Source: Candidatus Woesearchaeota archaeon
GTDB lineage: Archaea > Nanobdellota > Nanobdellia > Pacearchaeales > GW2011-AR1
Reading direction: 5' to 3'
Length of the DNA: 64,000 nt
NCBI GenBank assembly: GCA_964409555.1
Contig: CAYPDP010000002.1
Span: forward strand, 6,975 to 70,974
Position numbers and translations under genes: made by a program. Within the stretch, counting starts at the first letter, position 1. Every line of letters begins with the position of its first letter. The notes under the pieces were generated by a model that was not told the DNA's origin, searched no databases, and was given only the letters and a program-made list of their open reading frames with translations. Below are positions 26,735 to 36,250 of this stretch, one piece after another.

Positions 26735-27130
26735 ATGACTGATAAAAATCAACAAGAATTAGTTTTTAAATTAAGTATGTATGAACAGCAAATTCAACAA
26801 TTACAACAGCAATTACAAGCAGTAGAACAAGCTATAAATGAACTTAAAAGTTTAGACTTAGGACTTAATGATCTTGAAAAAAGTAATGGAAAAGAAATAC
26901 TTTCTGCAATAGGTAAAGGAATATTTGTAAAGGCAAAATTAATTTCTGAAGAATTGATTGTGGATATTGGTGGGAAAAATTTTGTAAAAAAAAGTATTCC
27001 TGAAACAAAAAAAATAATTAACAATCAAACGTCTAAACTTAAAGAAGTTAAAAAAGAATTGGAAAATAATCTAAACAAAATAAGTGCTGAGATAAATAAA
27101 ACTATAACTTCAGCACAAGAAAAAAAATAG
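26735..27130 (+). CDS. pfdA: prefoldin alpha subunit
   Basis: Coiled coil, then two beta-hairpins, then coiled coil. EILSAIGKGIFVKAKLISEELIVDIGGKNFVKKS. Confidence 0.8.
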   Translation: MTDKNQQELVFKLSMYEQQIQQLQQQLQAVEQAINELKSLDLGLNDLEKSNGKEILSAIGKGIFVKAKLISEELIVDIGGKNFVKKSIPETKKIINNQTSKLKEVKKELENNLNKISAEINKTITSAQEKK

Positions 27131-27149
27131 ATTTATTTTACTAAAAATA

Positions 27150-28154
27150 ATGAGAAGAAAAATAAAAATAATTGGAGTAATATTATTAATTATTATATTA
27201 TTAGGGGTAGTCAAATATATTAAAAATAATAATTCAATAAATGAAAATATTACACAATATTCTGCTGGAGATTATAATATTTACTTAAATCAAAATGGAT
27301 TAAAAAGAAATTATTATCTTCATATCCCTCCAAATTACAATAAAAATATTCCTACGCCTCTTATATTAAATCTTCATGGAGGTGGTGGTGGAGGTAAAGG
27401 TCATCAAACAACTTCTAAAATGAATAAAGAATCGGATAAAAGTGGTTTTATTGTTGTTTATCCTAATGGTATGAGAAGAGATGGTAATTCATATAAACTT
27501 TATCAACGATTTTGGAATATTGGTGAAGGGCCAAATGGTTTTTATTATGATAATAAAGATAAAATATCTAAAAATAATGATATTGAATTTATTAAAAATA
27601 TTCTTGATGATTTAGAATTAAAATTGAATATTGATAAAAAAAGAATTTATTTAACTGGCCTTTCAAATGGAGGAATATTATCTCAAGAAGTTGCATGTAA
27701 ATTTAGTGATAAAATTGCTGCTATTGCTCCAGTAAGTGCTCCTTTTTGGACCTTTCCAGAAAATTGTAATTTGAAAAGACCAATTTCAGTCATACTTTTT
27801 CAAGGATTAGAAGATGTTTGTGCCCCTTATGAAGGAGGAATTTCTCAATGTAGTTCAAAACAAGGTATTAGTCGAAAATTTATATCAGCTCAAGATACCT
27901 TAAATATTTGGAAAGAAAAAAATAAATGTTCAAAACAAGGAGAGATAACTTATAAAAATAAATCAGTTGAATGTAAAACATATTCTTGTTTAGAAAATAG
28001 TGAAGTTAGTTTATGTACTATCAAAGATGGGGGACATACTTGGCCAGGAGGAACTCCTTATTCTATTCCGGGAGTTAACATTGGAAAAACAACTCAAGAT
28101 ATAAATGCTAATCAAGTTATGTGGCAATTTTTTAAAAATCATCCAATCAAGTAA
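27150..28154 (+). CDS. secreted/anchored PHB-depolymerase (LpqC)-family alpha/beta esterase
   Basis: N-terminal TM IKIIGVILLIIILLGVV, LNLHGGGGGGKG, the nucleophile elbow LTGLSNGG, and a C-terminal GGHTWPGG. Confidence 0.75.
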   Translation: MRRKIKIIGVILLIIILLGVVKYIKNNNSINENITQYSAGDYNIYLNQNGLKRNYYLHIPPNYNKNIPTPLILNLHGGGGGGKGHQTTSKMNKESDKSGFIVVYPNGMRRDGNSYKLYQRFWNIGEGPNGFYYDNKDKISKNNDIEFIKNILDDLELKLNIDKKRIYLTGLSNGGILSQEVACKFSDKIAAIAPVSAPFWTFPENCNLKRPISVILFQGLEDVCAPYEGGISQCSSKQGISRKFISAQDTLNIWKEKNKCSKQGEITYKNKSVECKTYSCLENSEVSLCTIKDGGHTWPGGTPYSIPGVNIGKTTQDINANQVMWQFFKNHPIK

Positions 28155-28193
28155 TTTAAATTTTTATAAGATTATTTTAAATATAAAATAGAT

Positions 28194-28565
28194 TTATTCT
28201 ATATCTAAAATCCATTTATAAGTTTTCGAAAAAATATCTCTTTTCCAAAAAGGAGTAATATCTCTTATCAATTTATCATAACGTTTTTCACTATTTTCAT
28301 ATTCTTTAATTAAATCTAAAGTTGTTGACAAAAAATCTTCATCATATAAAGTGATTCTTTTTTCCATAGGAAAAACTAGTGATTTAACATTTCTTGGTTT
28401 TTTATCTTTCCCAGTTTTATATACTGCAAATGGAGATAAGGAAAATAAACTTATATAAATTAAATTTTAATCTGTTAAAACCTTTGAAGTAATTTTTCTA
28501 AATTCTAATCTTTGTTTTCTTAAAAGAATTTTTTCAATTGTGTTTGGACGATTAATCTTTACCAT
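28194..28565 (-). pseudogene. 124-codon reading frame interrupted by one in-frame TAA (28467..28469)
   Basis: Translated codon by codon: MVKINRPNTIEKILLRKQRLEFRKITSKVLTD*NLIYISLFSLSPFAVYKTGKDKKPRNVKSLVFPMEKRITLYDEDFLSTTLDLIKEYENSEKRYDKLIRDITPFWKRDIFSKTYKWILDIE*. It is not in the ORF track because both halves are short. Confidence 0.4.
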
Positions 28566-28595
28566 TTTTATTTTTATTAAATAAAAAACAAATAG

Positions 28596-28603
28596 TTTAA
28601 AAA
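28596..28603 (+). promoter_or_regulatory. TATA-like box, leaderless spacing to ATG 28625
   Basis: AGTTTAAAAATT centred about 26 nt upstream of ATG 28625. This argues against the track's TTG start at 28604. Confidence 0.5.
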
Positions 28604-28624
28604 TTGTTATATTTTATAAAATAC

Positions 28625-29485
28625 ATGATAGAGATGATTATAAACCCTAAGAATGCTGAAAAAGGTCCTTGGAAAATGTTTTTCATAGGAATAATTTATG
28701 CTTCACTTTCATTATTACTTACACATTTCTTTTTTTCAAAAGAAGGGGTTCTTTCGCAATATTCTGGAATGATTGTTGTGACTTTTACAGTAATGTTTTC
28801 ATTACCTTATATGTATTATATGATAAAACAAGAAGAGGCTGAAGATGAACTAGCCGAAGGAATTTTTAGTGTATTAAAAGTTCATAAAGATGCACTTTAT
28901 AGTTTCATGTGGCTTTTTTTTGGATTCATAATTGCCTTTTCTTTTTGGTTTATAATACTTCAAAATTCAATTCTTTTTAATGCTCAAATAGAAACTTATT
29001 GTAGAATAAATAATCCTGGGAATATAGGTGACTGTGTCTCAAGATATAATTTTCAACAAAAAATAATTCCCACTGGTGCGGCAACAAAAGAAATGAGATT
29101 TCTCTCTATTTTAGAAAATAATGTTTATGTTATGATTTTCACATTAATATTTTCATTAATATTCGGAGCAGGAGCCATATTTGTATTAGCATGGAATGCA
29201 AGTGTTATAAGTGCAGCTATTAGTGTGTTTACAAATTATCAAATAGAGGAAATACCTTTAGGAATTTTAAGATATATGATACATGGATTTCCTGAAATTG
29301 CAGCATATTTTGTAACTGCTTTAGCAGGAGGGATTTTTGGGGTTGGAATATTAAGAAATGGTTTTAAAAATGGAAAACTATTAAGAATAATTGAAAATAC
29401 AATAATCTTACTTTTCATATCAATAATTATTTTAATAATAGCAGCACTTTTAGAAGTTTATATTACACCTCTTTTATTTAAATAA
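28625..29485 (+). CDS. SpoIIM-like (DUF95) integral membrane protein
   Basis: IFGAGAIFVLAWNASVISAAISVF and MIHGFPEIAAYFVTALAGG are typical of the family. Confidence 0.65.
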   Translation: MIEMIINPKNAEKGPWKMFFIGIIYASLSLLLTHFFFSKEGVLSQYSGMIVVTFTVMFSLPYMYYMIKQEEAEDELAEGIFSVLKVHKDALYSFMWLFFGFIIAFSFWFIILQNSILFNAQIETYCRINNPGNIGDCVSRYNFQQKIIPTGAATKEMRFLSILENNVYVMIFTLIFSLIFGAGAIFVLAWNASVISAAISVFTNYQIEEIPLGILRYMIHGFPEIAAYFVTALAGGIFGVGILRNGFKNGKLLRIIENTIILLFISIIILIIAALLEVYITPLLFK

Positions 29486-29501
29486 AATTTATTTAACAAG
29501 G

Positions 29502-29509
29502 TTTAAATA
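29502..29509 (+). promoter_or_regulatory. TATA-like box, leaderless spacing to ATG 29531
   Basis: GGTTTAAATATG. The box centre is about 26 nt upstream of the ATG. Confidence 0.5.
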
Positions 29510-29530
29510 TGTATATTTTGTCCATAAATA

Positions 29531-29668
29531 ATGGTTAAATTTATATGTAAAAATTGTAATTATAACTTTGATTCAAATTCTTTAGAAGAGAAAAAAATTT
29601 GCCCTTATTGTGGAAAAAGAGAATCTGAAAAAGAAAAAAGTGCTGAAGAATTAATAAAAAATATGTGA
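29531..29668 (+). CDS. 45-aa zinc-ribbon microprotein, first gene of the aglB operon
   Basis: Not in the track. MVKFICKNCNYNFDSNSLEEKKICPYCGKRESEKEKSAEELIKNM* carries CxxC...CxxC. The TATA box is well placed. The stop overlaps or abuts the aglB start. Confidence 0.6.
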   Translation: MVKFICKNCNYNFDSNSLEEKKICPYCGKRESEKEKSAEELIKNM

Positions 29669-29673
29669 TTAAA

Positions 29674-32427
29674 ATGGAATCTGATGAAATTCTTAAAATT
29701 AGAAAAGAGAAAGCAATTAAGTTTTTAAAAGAGAAAAAAGAGTGGGTATATTATTTAATTTTAGGTTTTTTTATTTTTCTAAGTGTTTATATAAGAACAA
29801 GAAATCTTTCAAAATTAAAAGATGTTGCAACTGGAACTTGGACTCTTGGTCCTGATTTAGATCCTTTTCTTTTTTTAAGATGGGCAAAATATATTGTTGC
29901 TAACGGAAAACTTTTTATTTATGATAGTATGAGAAATGCTCCATTATTAAAAATCTGTTCTGGAATAACTTGCAATCCAATTAATACTGCAAGTGAAATG
30001 AAACTACTTCCCTACTTGATTGCTTGGTTTTATCATGTATTATCATTTTTCTCGAATAATATTAGTGTGACTTATGCTGCAATAATTTTTCCAGTATTTA
30101 TGGCAGGACTTACAGTAATTGCTTTTTTTCTTTTTGCAAGAAAAATATTTTATAAAGAATCTAAAGAAATAAGAAATATAATTGCATTGATAGCAACAGG
30201 TTTGTTTATAGTTATCCCATCGTTACTTCCAAGAACAATAGCAGGAATTCCTGAAAAAGAATCGGCAGCTTTTTTCTTTATGTTCTTAGCTTTTTATTTT
30301 TTCATTGAAGCATTCACATCTAAAAAATTAAAAAAAGGATTAATATTTAGTGTTCTTGCAGGAGTTTCAACAGGACTTATGGCTTTAGTTTGGGGAGGAT
30401 TTATCTTTATATTCTTCACAATTCCTATTGCAGTATTAATTGATTTTATTATGGGTAAAGTGAGAAAAAAAGAATTATTGATTTATGCTACTTGGATATT
30501 TTCTTCATTTATTATAATGACGCCTTTTTCTACAAGATATAGTATAAAAAATTTAATTGTATCTACTTCAACAGGTTTGGGAATTGAGATATTGGGAATT
30601 ATTGGAATAAGTATATTAATAATAAATTTTGAAAGAAAAAATAAAAAACTTTTAGAATTAAGAAGAAAAATAAAACTTCCTAAGGAAATTTTTTCAGTAA
30701 TATTATCTATTTTAATTATCTTAATAATTATATTAATTCTTCTAGGACCTAGTTTTATTATTGGACAAATGACAAATATAAAAAACTCTTTAATAAGTCC
30801 ACAGGTAACTAGATTTGGATTAACTGTTGCTGAAAATAAACAACCTTATTTCATAAATGATTGGAAAAATAGTTTTGGTCCTATTTTCAAAAAGATTCCT
30901 TTATATTTTTGGTTATTTTTCTCAGGAGCTATTGCATTATTTGCACATTTAATAAGAAAAATTAACAAAAAAGAAAAAATAATTTTATTAGGAGCATACA
31001 CTATTTTTCTATTTAGTATAATATTCAGTAGATATTCTTCTTCGAGTAAACTAAATGGAACTAGTGGTTTAAGTTTAACTGTTTATTTTGGAGGAGTTAT
31101 ATTTCTATTAATTTCTTTCTCTTATATTTACTATAAGAAATATCATGAAAAAACATTTTCTGATTTTAAAAAATTTAATTTTTCATATATTCTTTATTTC
31201 TTAATTTTAACTTTAGGGATAATTGGTGCAAGAGGGGGAATAAGACTAATAATGGTTTTAGGTGCAGTAAGTCCAGTTGTTGTTGCTTTTCTTATTGTGA
31301 AATCTTCAGAAAAATTCTTTAAAGAAAAAGATGATACATTAAAAATAATTATTGGTATTATAGCATTAATAATTATTCTTGCATCTATTTTTACTTTTTG
31401 GACATATTATAAAACAGATATAAATACTGCAACTAATTTTGCACCAGGACCATATCAATGGCAATGGCAGAAAGCAATGTCATGGGTTAGAGAGAATACA
31501 ACTCAGGATGCAATATTTGCTCACTGGTGGGATTATGGATACTGGGTCCAGAGTATTGGAAAAAGAGCTACCATTCTTGATGGAGGAAATGCAATAGTTT
31601 ACTGGAATCATTTACTTGGAAGATATGTTTTAACTGGAACTGATGAAAATAAATCTTTAGAATTTTTATACACTCATGATGCAACTAATTTACTAATTGA
31701 TTCTAAAGATATAGGAAAATATACTGCCTATGCAAGTATAGGAAGTGATGAAAATTATGACAGACTGTCTTGGATTTCCACTTTTTTAATGGATGAAAAA
31801 CAAACTGTTGAAAAAAATAACGAAACAATTTATATTTATAGGGGTGGAAGTTTAGTTGATGAAGATATAATTTGGAAAGAGAATGGAAAAGAAATTTTTC
31901 TTCCTCAAAAAGCAGCAGGAATAGGTGCAATTATTTTGAAAAAAAATTCCAAAGGAGAAATACAACAACCAAGTGCAGTATTTATCTATAATGGAAAACA
32001 ATACAATATTCCATTAAGATATGTTTATTTTAATAATTCTCTTAAAGATTTTAAATCAGGATTAGATGCAGGAATATTTCTTTTTCCAAAAATAAATAAC
32101 ATTCAAAATGGTAGAATAAAGATAAATAATGAAGGTGCATTATTTTATTTAAGTGGAAGAACAATTCACTCTCAATTATCTAAGTTATATTTATTTAATC
32201 AGAAATCAGATTATTTCAAACTTGCTCATGTAGAAAATAATTATTTTATTGATTCTTTAAAATCTCAAGGAGTAAATATTGGAGAATTTGTATATTATAA
32301 TGGATTTCAAGGACCTATAAAAATATGGAATATTACTTATCCCAAAGATATGAAAATAAATAAAGAATATTTAAAAATTAATTTTCCAGATAAAAAACTT
32401 GAAATAGCTAAGCCTGGAGAATATTAA
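29674..32427 (+). CDS. aglB: oligosaccharyltransferase AglB (STT3 family)
   Basis: Polytopic N-terminal domain plus the catalytic WWDYGYW motif (AHWWDYGYWVQSIGKRATILDGGN). ATG at 29674; an alternative GTG at 29665 overlaps the upstream stop. Confidence 0.92.
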   Translation: MESDEILKIRKEKAIKFLKEKKEWVYYLILGFFIFLSVYIRTRNLSKLKDVATGTWTLGPDLDPFLFLRWAKYIVANGKLFIYDSMRNAPLLKICSGITCNPINTASEMKLLPYLIAWFYHVLSFFSNNISVTYAAIIFPVFMAGLTVIAFFLFARKIFYKESKEIRNIIALIATGLFIVIPSLLPRTIAGIPEKESAAFFFMFLAFYFFIEAFTSKKLKKGLIFSVLAGVSTGLMALVWGGFIFIFFTIPIAVLIDFIMGKVRKKELLIYATWIFSSFIIMTPFSTRYSIKNLIVSTSTGLGIEILGIIGISILIINFERKNKKLLELRRKIKLPKEIFSVILSILIILIIILILLGPSFIIGQMTNIKNSLISPQVTRFGLTVAENKQPYFINDWKNSFGPIFKKIPLYFWLFFSGAIALFAHLIRKINKKEKIILLGAYTIFLFSIIFSRYSSSSKLNGTSGLSLTVYFGGVIFLLISFSYIYYKKYHEKTFSDFKKFNFSYILYFLILTLGIIGARGGIRLIMVLGAVSPVVVAFLIVKSSEKFFKEKDDTLKIIIGIIALIIILASIFTFWTYYKTDINTATNFAPGPYQWQWQKAMSWVRENTTQDAIFAHWWDYGYWVQSIGKRATILDGGNAIVYWNHLLGRYVLTGTDENKSLEFLYTHDATNLLIDSKDIGKYTAYASIGSDENYDRLSWISTFLMDEKQTVEKNNETIYIYRGGSLVDEDIIWKENGKEIFLPQKAAGIGAIILKKNSKGEIQQPSAVFIYNGKQYNIPLRYVYFNNSLKDFKSGLDAGIFLFPKINNIQNGRIKINNEGALFYLSGRTIHSQLSKLYLFNQKSDYFKLAHVENNYFIDSLKSQGVNIGEFVYYNGFQGPIKIWNITYPKDMKINKEYLKINFPDKKLEIAKPGEY

Positions 32428-32428
32428 T

Positions 32429-33427
32429 ATGATTAATCTTATTTTAATTATTCCTGTATTACTTGGATTTATTATAACACTTTTATTTATTCCTGTATGG
32501 ATTAAAAAAGCAAAAAGGGCAGGACTTGTTGGAAAAGATATGCATAAATTATCTGATAAAAAAATATCTGAAGCAGGAGGAATTCCAGTAATTTCAGGGA
32601 TTTCTTTAGGAATTCTTGGTTACATAGCAATAAAAACTTTTTACTTTCAATCCAACACAAATTTAATAGAAATATTATCTTTATTTAATGTAATAATAAT
32701 AATTTCATTTATAGGATTTATTGATGATATACTTGGATGGAAAATTGGACTTACAAAAAGAATGAGGATATTTTTCTTAATTTTTGCTGCAATACCTTTA
32801 ATTGTTATTAATGCAGGAGTTTCTGAAATGATGGGAATAGAATTTGGTTTATTATATCCTTTATTTTTTATACCTTTAGGAATTGTTGGAGCATCAACAA
32901 CTTTTAATTTTCTTGCAGGATATAATGGGCTTGAAACAAGTCAAGGAATAATAATCCTAACTACATTATCTGTTGTTACATGGTATACTGGAAATAGTTG
33001 GTTAAGCATAATTTCATTAATAGTTGTTTTCTCGTTAATTGCATTTTATCTTTTTAATAAATATCCTTCAAAAATATTTCCTGGTGATGTTCTCACATAT
33101 CCTCTTGGAGCATTAATCGCAGTCATTGCTATTTTAGGAAATATAGAAAAAATTGCTATCTTCTTTTTCATTCCTTATATTATAGAAACAATATTAAAAT
33201 TAAGAGGAAAATTAAAAAATGAAAGTTTTGCTAAATTAAATAAAGATGGAAGTTTAGACATGCCTTATAATAAATTTTATGGTTTAGAACATTTAGCAAT
33301 TTACATACTTAAAAAAGTAAAGAAAAATAAAAAAGTTTATGAAAAAGAGGTAGTATATTTGATAAATGGATTCCAAATTTTAATTATAATTTTAAGTTTG
33401 ATAATTTTTAAAAATTCTATATTTTAA
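32429..33427 (+). CDS. polyprenyl-phosphate HexNAc-1-phosphate transferase (AglH/GPT, MraY-WecA superfamily)
   Basis: AGLVGKDMHKLSDKKISEAGGIPV, FIGFIDDILG, NFLAGYNGLETSQG and IFPGDVLTYPLG motifs. Confidence 0.85.
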   Translation: MINLILIIPVLLGFIITLLFIPVWIKKAKRAGLVGKDMHKLSDKKISEAGGIPVISGISLGILGYIAIKTFYFQSNTNLIEILSLFNVIIIISFIGFIDDILGWKIGLTKRMRIFFLIFAAIPLIVINAGVSEMMGIEFGLLYPLFFIPLGIVGASTTFNFLAGYNGLETSQGIIILTTLSVVTWYTGNSWLSIISLIVVFSLIAFYLFNKYPSKIFPGDVLTYPLGALIAVIAILGNIEKIAIFFFIPYIIETILKLRGKLKNESFAKLNKDGSLDMPYNKFYGLEHLAIYILKKVKKNKKVYEKEVVYLINGFQILIIILSLIIFKNSIF

Positions 33428-33428
33428 T

Positions 33429-34658
33429 ATGATAAAAAAATTTATTTCTAGTGAGTTAGGTAAAGGAACAATAGTTTTATTTATAACAATAAATATTTAC
33501 AATTTTCTTAATTTCTTTTTTCATTTTGCTATGGGAAGAATGTTAGGACCAGTAGATTATGGAACTCTTGCTGTCTTAATGTCAATTGTTTATATTTTTG
33601 GAGCTCCTGCAGAAGCAATACAAAATATAATCTCAAAATACACTTCAAAATTCTCGGTTAAAAAAGAATATGGAAAAACAAAATTTTTATTTAAAAAATC
33701 TTTGACTAAAGCTTTAAAATGGTCTTTTATTCTTTTTATTATTTTAATAATTCCTTCATACTTTTTATCAATTTTTCTTAATATTGAATTTTCTTTAATT
33801 TTAATTACTAATCTTATGTTATTTGTATTTCTTACAGTTCCTATTGCAAGAGGAACGCTTCAAGGAGGGAAAAAACTTTCCCAATTGGGTATTGGTATGA
33901 TTATAGAAGCTATTATCAAACTTTTAGTTGCAATCATTTTAGTTATTCTAGGATTCAAAGTATTTGGAGCAATAATTGGGGTTTTAATAGGAGTTGGTTT
34001 TGGATTTATAGCATTAGTTTATTTTAATAAAAATATTATAAAAGTAAAAGAGAAAAAAGTTCAGTTTAAAAAAATGTATTCTTATAGTATTCCTTATTTT
34101 GTTTCAATGATAGTTATTCTTCTTGTTTTAAGTATAGATATAATTCTTGCAAAAAGATTTTTTTCTCCAAAATTATCTGGAGAATATGCAGTTTTATCTA
34201 TGTTGGGAAAAATAATATTTTTTGGGACAATTGCAATAAGTAAGGCTATGTTTCCATTAACTTCTGAAAAACATTATAATAAAGAACATTCTGGAGGATT
34301 ATTCAAAAAATCTGTAATTATAGTTATCTCCCTTTGTTCTATTTCAATATTTTCCTACTTTTTATTTCCCAAATTAATAATATCCTTATTATATGGAAGA
34401 CAATATCTTGAAGTTGCACCTTATTTAGTTTATTCTGCAATTGCTATGAGTTTTTTATCATTAAGCAATCTCATATTAATATATGGATTATCTATTAATA
34501 AAATAAAAAAATCTTATTATCTTTTTTTATTTTTAATAATTGAAATAATTTTATTATTCTTATTTCATAATACTCTTAAAGAATATATATTTGCTGTTAT
34601 GATCTCCAATATAATTTTATTTATAGGAAGTTTTTTAATCATTAAATCTAAAAAATAA
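33429..34658 (+). CDS. MOP/Wzx-type oligosaccharide flippase
   Basis: 409 aa with about 12 TM segments and a flippase-like N-terminus. Located in the glycan operon. Confidence 0.55.
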   Translation: MIKKFISSELGKGTIVLFITINIYNFLNFFFHFAMGRMLGPVDYGTLAVLMSIVYIFGAPAEAIQNIISKYTSKFSVKKEYGKTKFLFKKSLTKALKWSFILFIILIIPSYFLSIFLNIEFSLILITNLMLFVFLTVPIARGTLQGGKKLSQLGIGMIIEAIIKLLVAIILVILGFKVFGAIIGVLIGVGFGFIALVYFNKNIIKVKEKKVQFKKMYSYSIPYFVSMIVILLVLSIDIILAKRFFSPKLSGEYAVLSMLGKIIFFGTIAISKAMFPLTSEKHYNKEHSGGLFKKSVIIVISLCSISIFSYFLFPKLIISLLYGRQYLEVAPYLVYSAIAMSFLSLSNLILIYGLSINKIKKSYYLFLFLIIEIILLFLFHNTLKEYIFAVMISNIILFIGSFLIIKSKK

Positions 34659-34660
34659 TA

Positions 34661-35449
34661 ATGGAAACTAATAAAATAAGCATAATAATTCCTGCGCATA
34701 ATGAAGAAAAAAGAATAGGAAAAACTCTTGAAGAATATCTTTCTTATTTTAAAATTTTAAAAAAACAAAAAATTCTTGATTTTGAAATAATTGTTGTTCT
34801 AAATGCGTGTAAAGATGATACTTTGAAAGTTGTTCAAAAATATAAATGTAATGAGTTAAAAATAATAGAATTTGAACGAGGGGGAAAAGGATTTGCAATA
34901 ATTAAAGGATTTAAAGAAGCACTTAATAATAATCAAATAAAATTTATGGGATTTGTTGATGCAGATCTTGCAACACCTCCAGAATCTTTTCATGAATTAA
35001 TTAAAAATATAGGAAATCATGAAGGGATTATTGCAAGTAGGTGGATGAAAAAATCATATATAAAAACACCTCAAACCATTACAAGAAAAATTACAAGCAA
35101 GGGATTTAATTTTTTAGTTAGAAGCATTTTATTTTTACCATATAAAGATACTCAATGTGGGGCAAAACTTTTTACAAGAGAATCTATTGAAAAAATTATA
35201 GATAATATGATATTAACCTTATGGGCCTTTGATATTGATTTGCTTTATAATTTTAAAAAAAATAATTTTAAAGTAAAGGAAATTCCTACAATATGGGAAG
35301 ACAAAAGAGATTCAAAATTAAATCTTGTTAAAGTTCCATTTAAAATGTTCTCATCAATAATTAGATTAAGATTATATTATTCTCCTTTCAGATTTATAGT
35401 TTTGATTTATGATAAATTACCTGATAAAATAAAAATACATAAAATTTAA
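34661..35449 (+). CDS. GT2 polyprenyl-phosphate glycosyltransferase (DPM1/AglK-like)
   Basis: ISIIIPAHNEEKRIGKTLEE, VDADLATPPE and QCGAKLF motifs. Confidence 0.8.
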   Translation: METNKISIIIPAHNEEKRIGKTLEEYLSYFKILKKQKILDFEIIVVLNACKDDTLKVVQKYKCNELKIIEFERGGKGFAIIKGFKEALNNNQIKFMGFVDADLATPPESFHELIKNIGNHEGIIASRWMKKSYIKTPQTITRKITSKGFNFLVRSILFLPYKDTQCGAKLFTRESIEKIIDNMILTLWAFDIDLLYNFKKNNFKVKEIPTIWEDKRDSKLNLVKVPFKMFSSIIRLRLYYSPFRFIVLIYDKLPDKIKIHKI

Positions 35450-35524
35450 TGTAATTAAAAAAAACCTTCTTATTTAATTATTTTAAAACAAAAGATTAAT
35501 AAAAGATTTCTTTAATTATTTTAT

Positions 35525-36250
35525 ATGGAAACATTAGATTATTATGATTATTGGTATAACCAAAAACAAAAGAAAAAACTTCTTCCCAGAGAAGAAAAAT
35601 CATTAAAATTAATTAGTAAATTAAAATTATCTAAAAAAACAAAATTTCTTGATATTGGATGTGGAAATGGGAAATTTTTAACAGCAGTAAAAAAAATATT
35701 TAATATAAATTGTCAAGGTATTGAATATTCTAAACAAGCTATTAAAATTTGTAAAGAAAAAAAATTAAATGTTAAATTTAGAGATATTGAAAAAAAGTTT
35801 CCTTATAAAAATAATTCTTTTGATATAATTTATGCAGGAGAAATAATTGAACATTTATATAACCCAGATAATTTTTTAGAAAAATGTTATAAAATATTAA
35901 AAAAAGATGGAAAAATAATAATTACAACTCCAAATTTAACTAACTGGTATAATAGAATTCTTTTTTTATTTGGAATACAACCAATATTTATTGAAACTAG
36001 CACAAAAAGCAAATTTGTCGGAGCAGGAATTTTAAAAAAATTAAAACAAGATGACAAGCCTATTGGACATTTAAGAATATTTAATTATCAGGCATTAAAA
36101 GATATTTTAGAATTAAATAAATTTAGAATTATTGAAATAAATGGTGTTGAATTTGAATATTTTCCAAAAAAATTTCTTTTTTTAGATAGATTTTTTAACA
36201 AATTTACGAAATTATCTTCTGGATTTGTATTAATTGCTAAAAAGATATGA
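35525..36250 (+). CDS. class I SAM-dependent methyltransferase
   Basis: FLDIGCGNGKF motif I and DIIYAGEIIEHLYNPDNFL. Confidence 0.8.
   Translation: METLDYYDYWYNQKQKKKLLPREEKSLKLISKLKLSKKTKFLDIGCGNGKFLTAVKKIFNINCQGIEYSKQAIKICKEKKLNVKFRDIEKKFPYKNNSFDIIYAGEIIEHLYNPDNFLEKCYKILKKDGKIIITTPNLTNWYNRILFLFGIQPIFIETSTKSKFVGAGILKKLKQDDKPIGHLRIFNYQALKDILELNKFRIIEINGVEFEYFPKKFLFLDRFFNKFTKLSSGFVLIAKKI

Noticed and set aside
28467-28469. Stop-codon reassignment (TAA read as sense)
   Set aside because: TAA terminates many well-conserved genes in this window at the expected protein ends (ribosomal proteins, SecY, Gmd), so the standard code applies.
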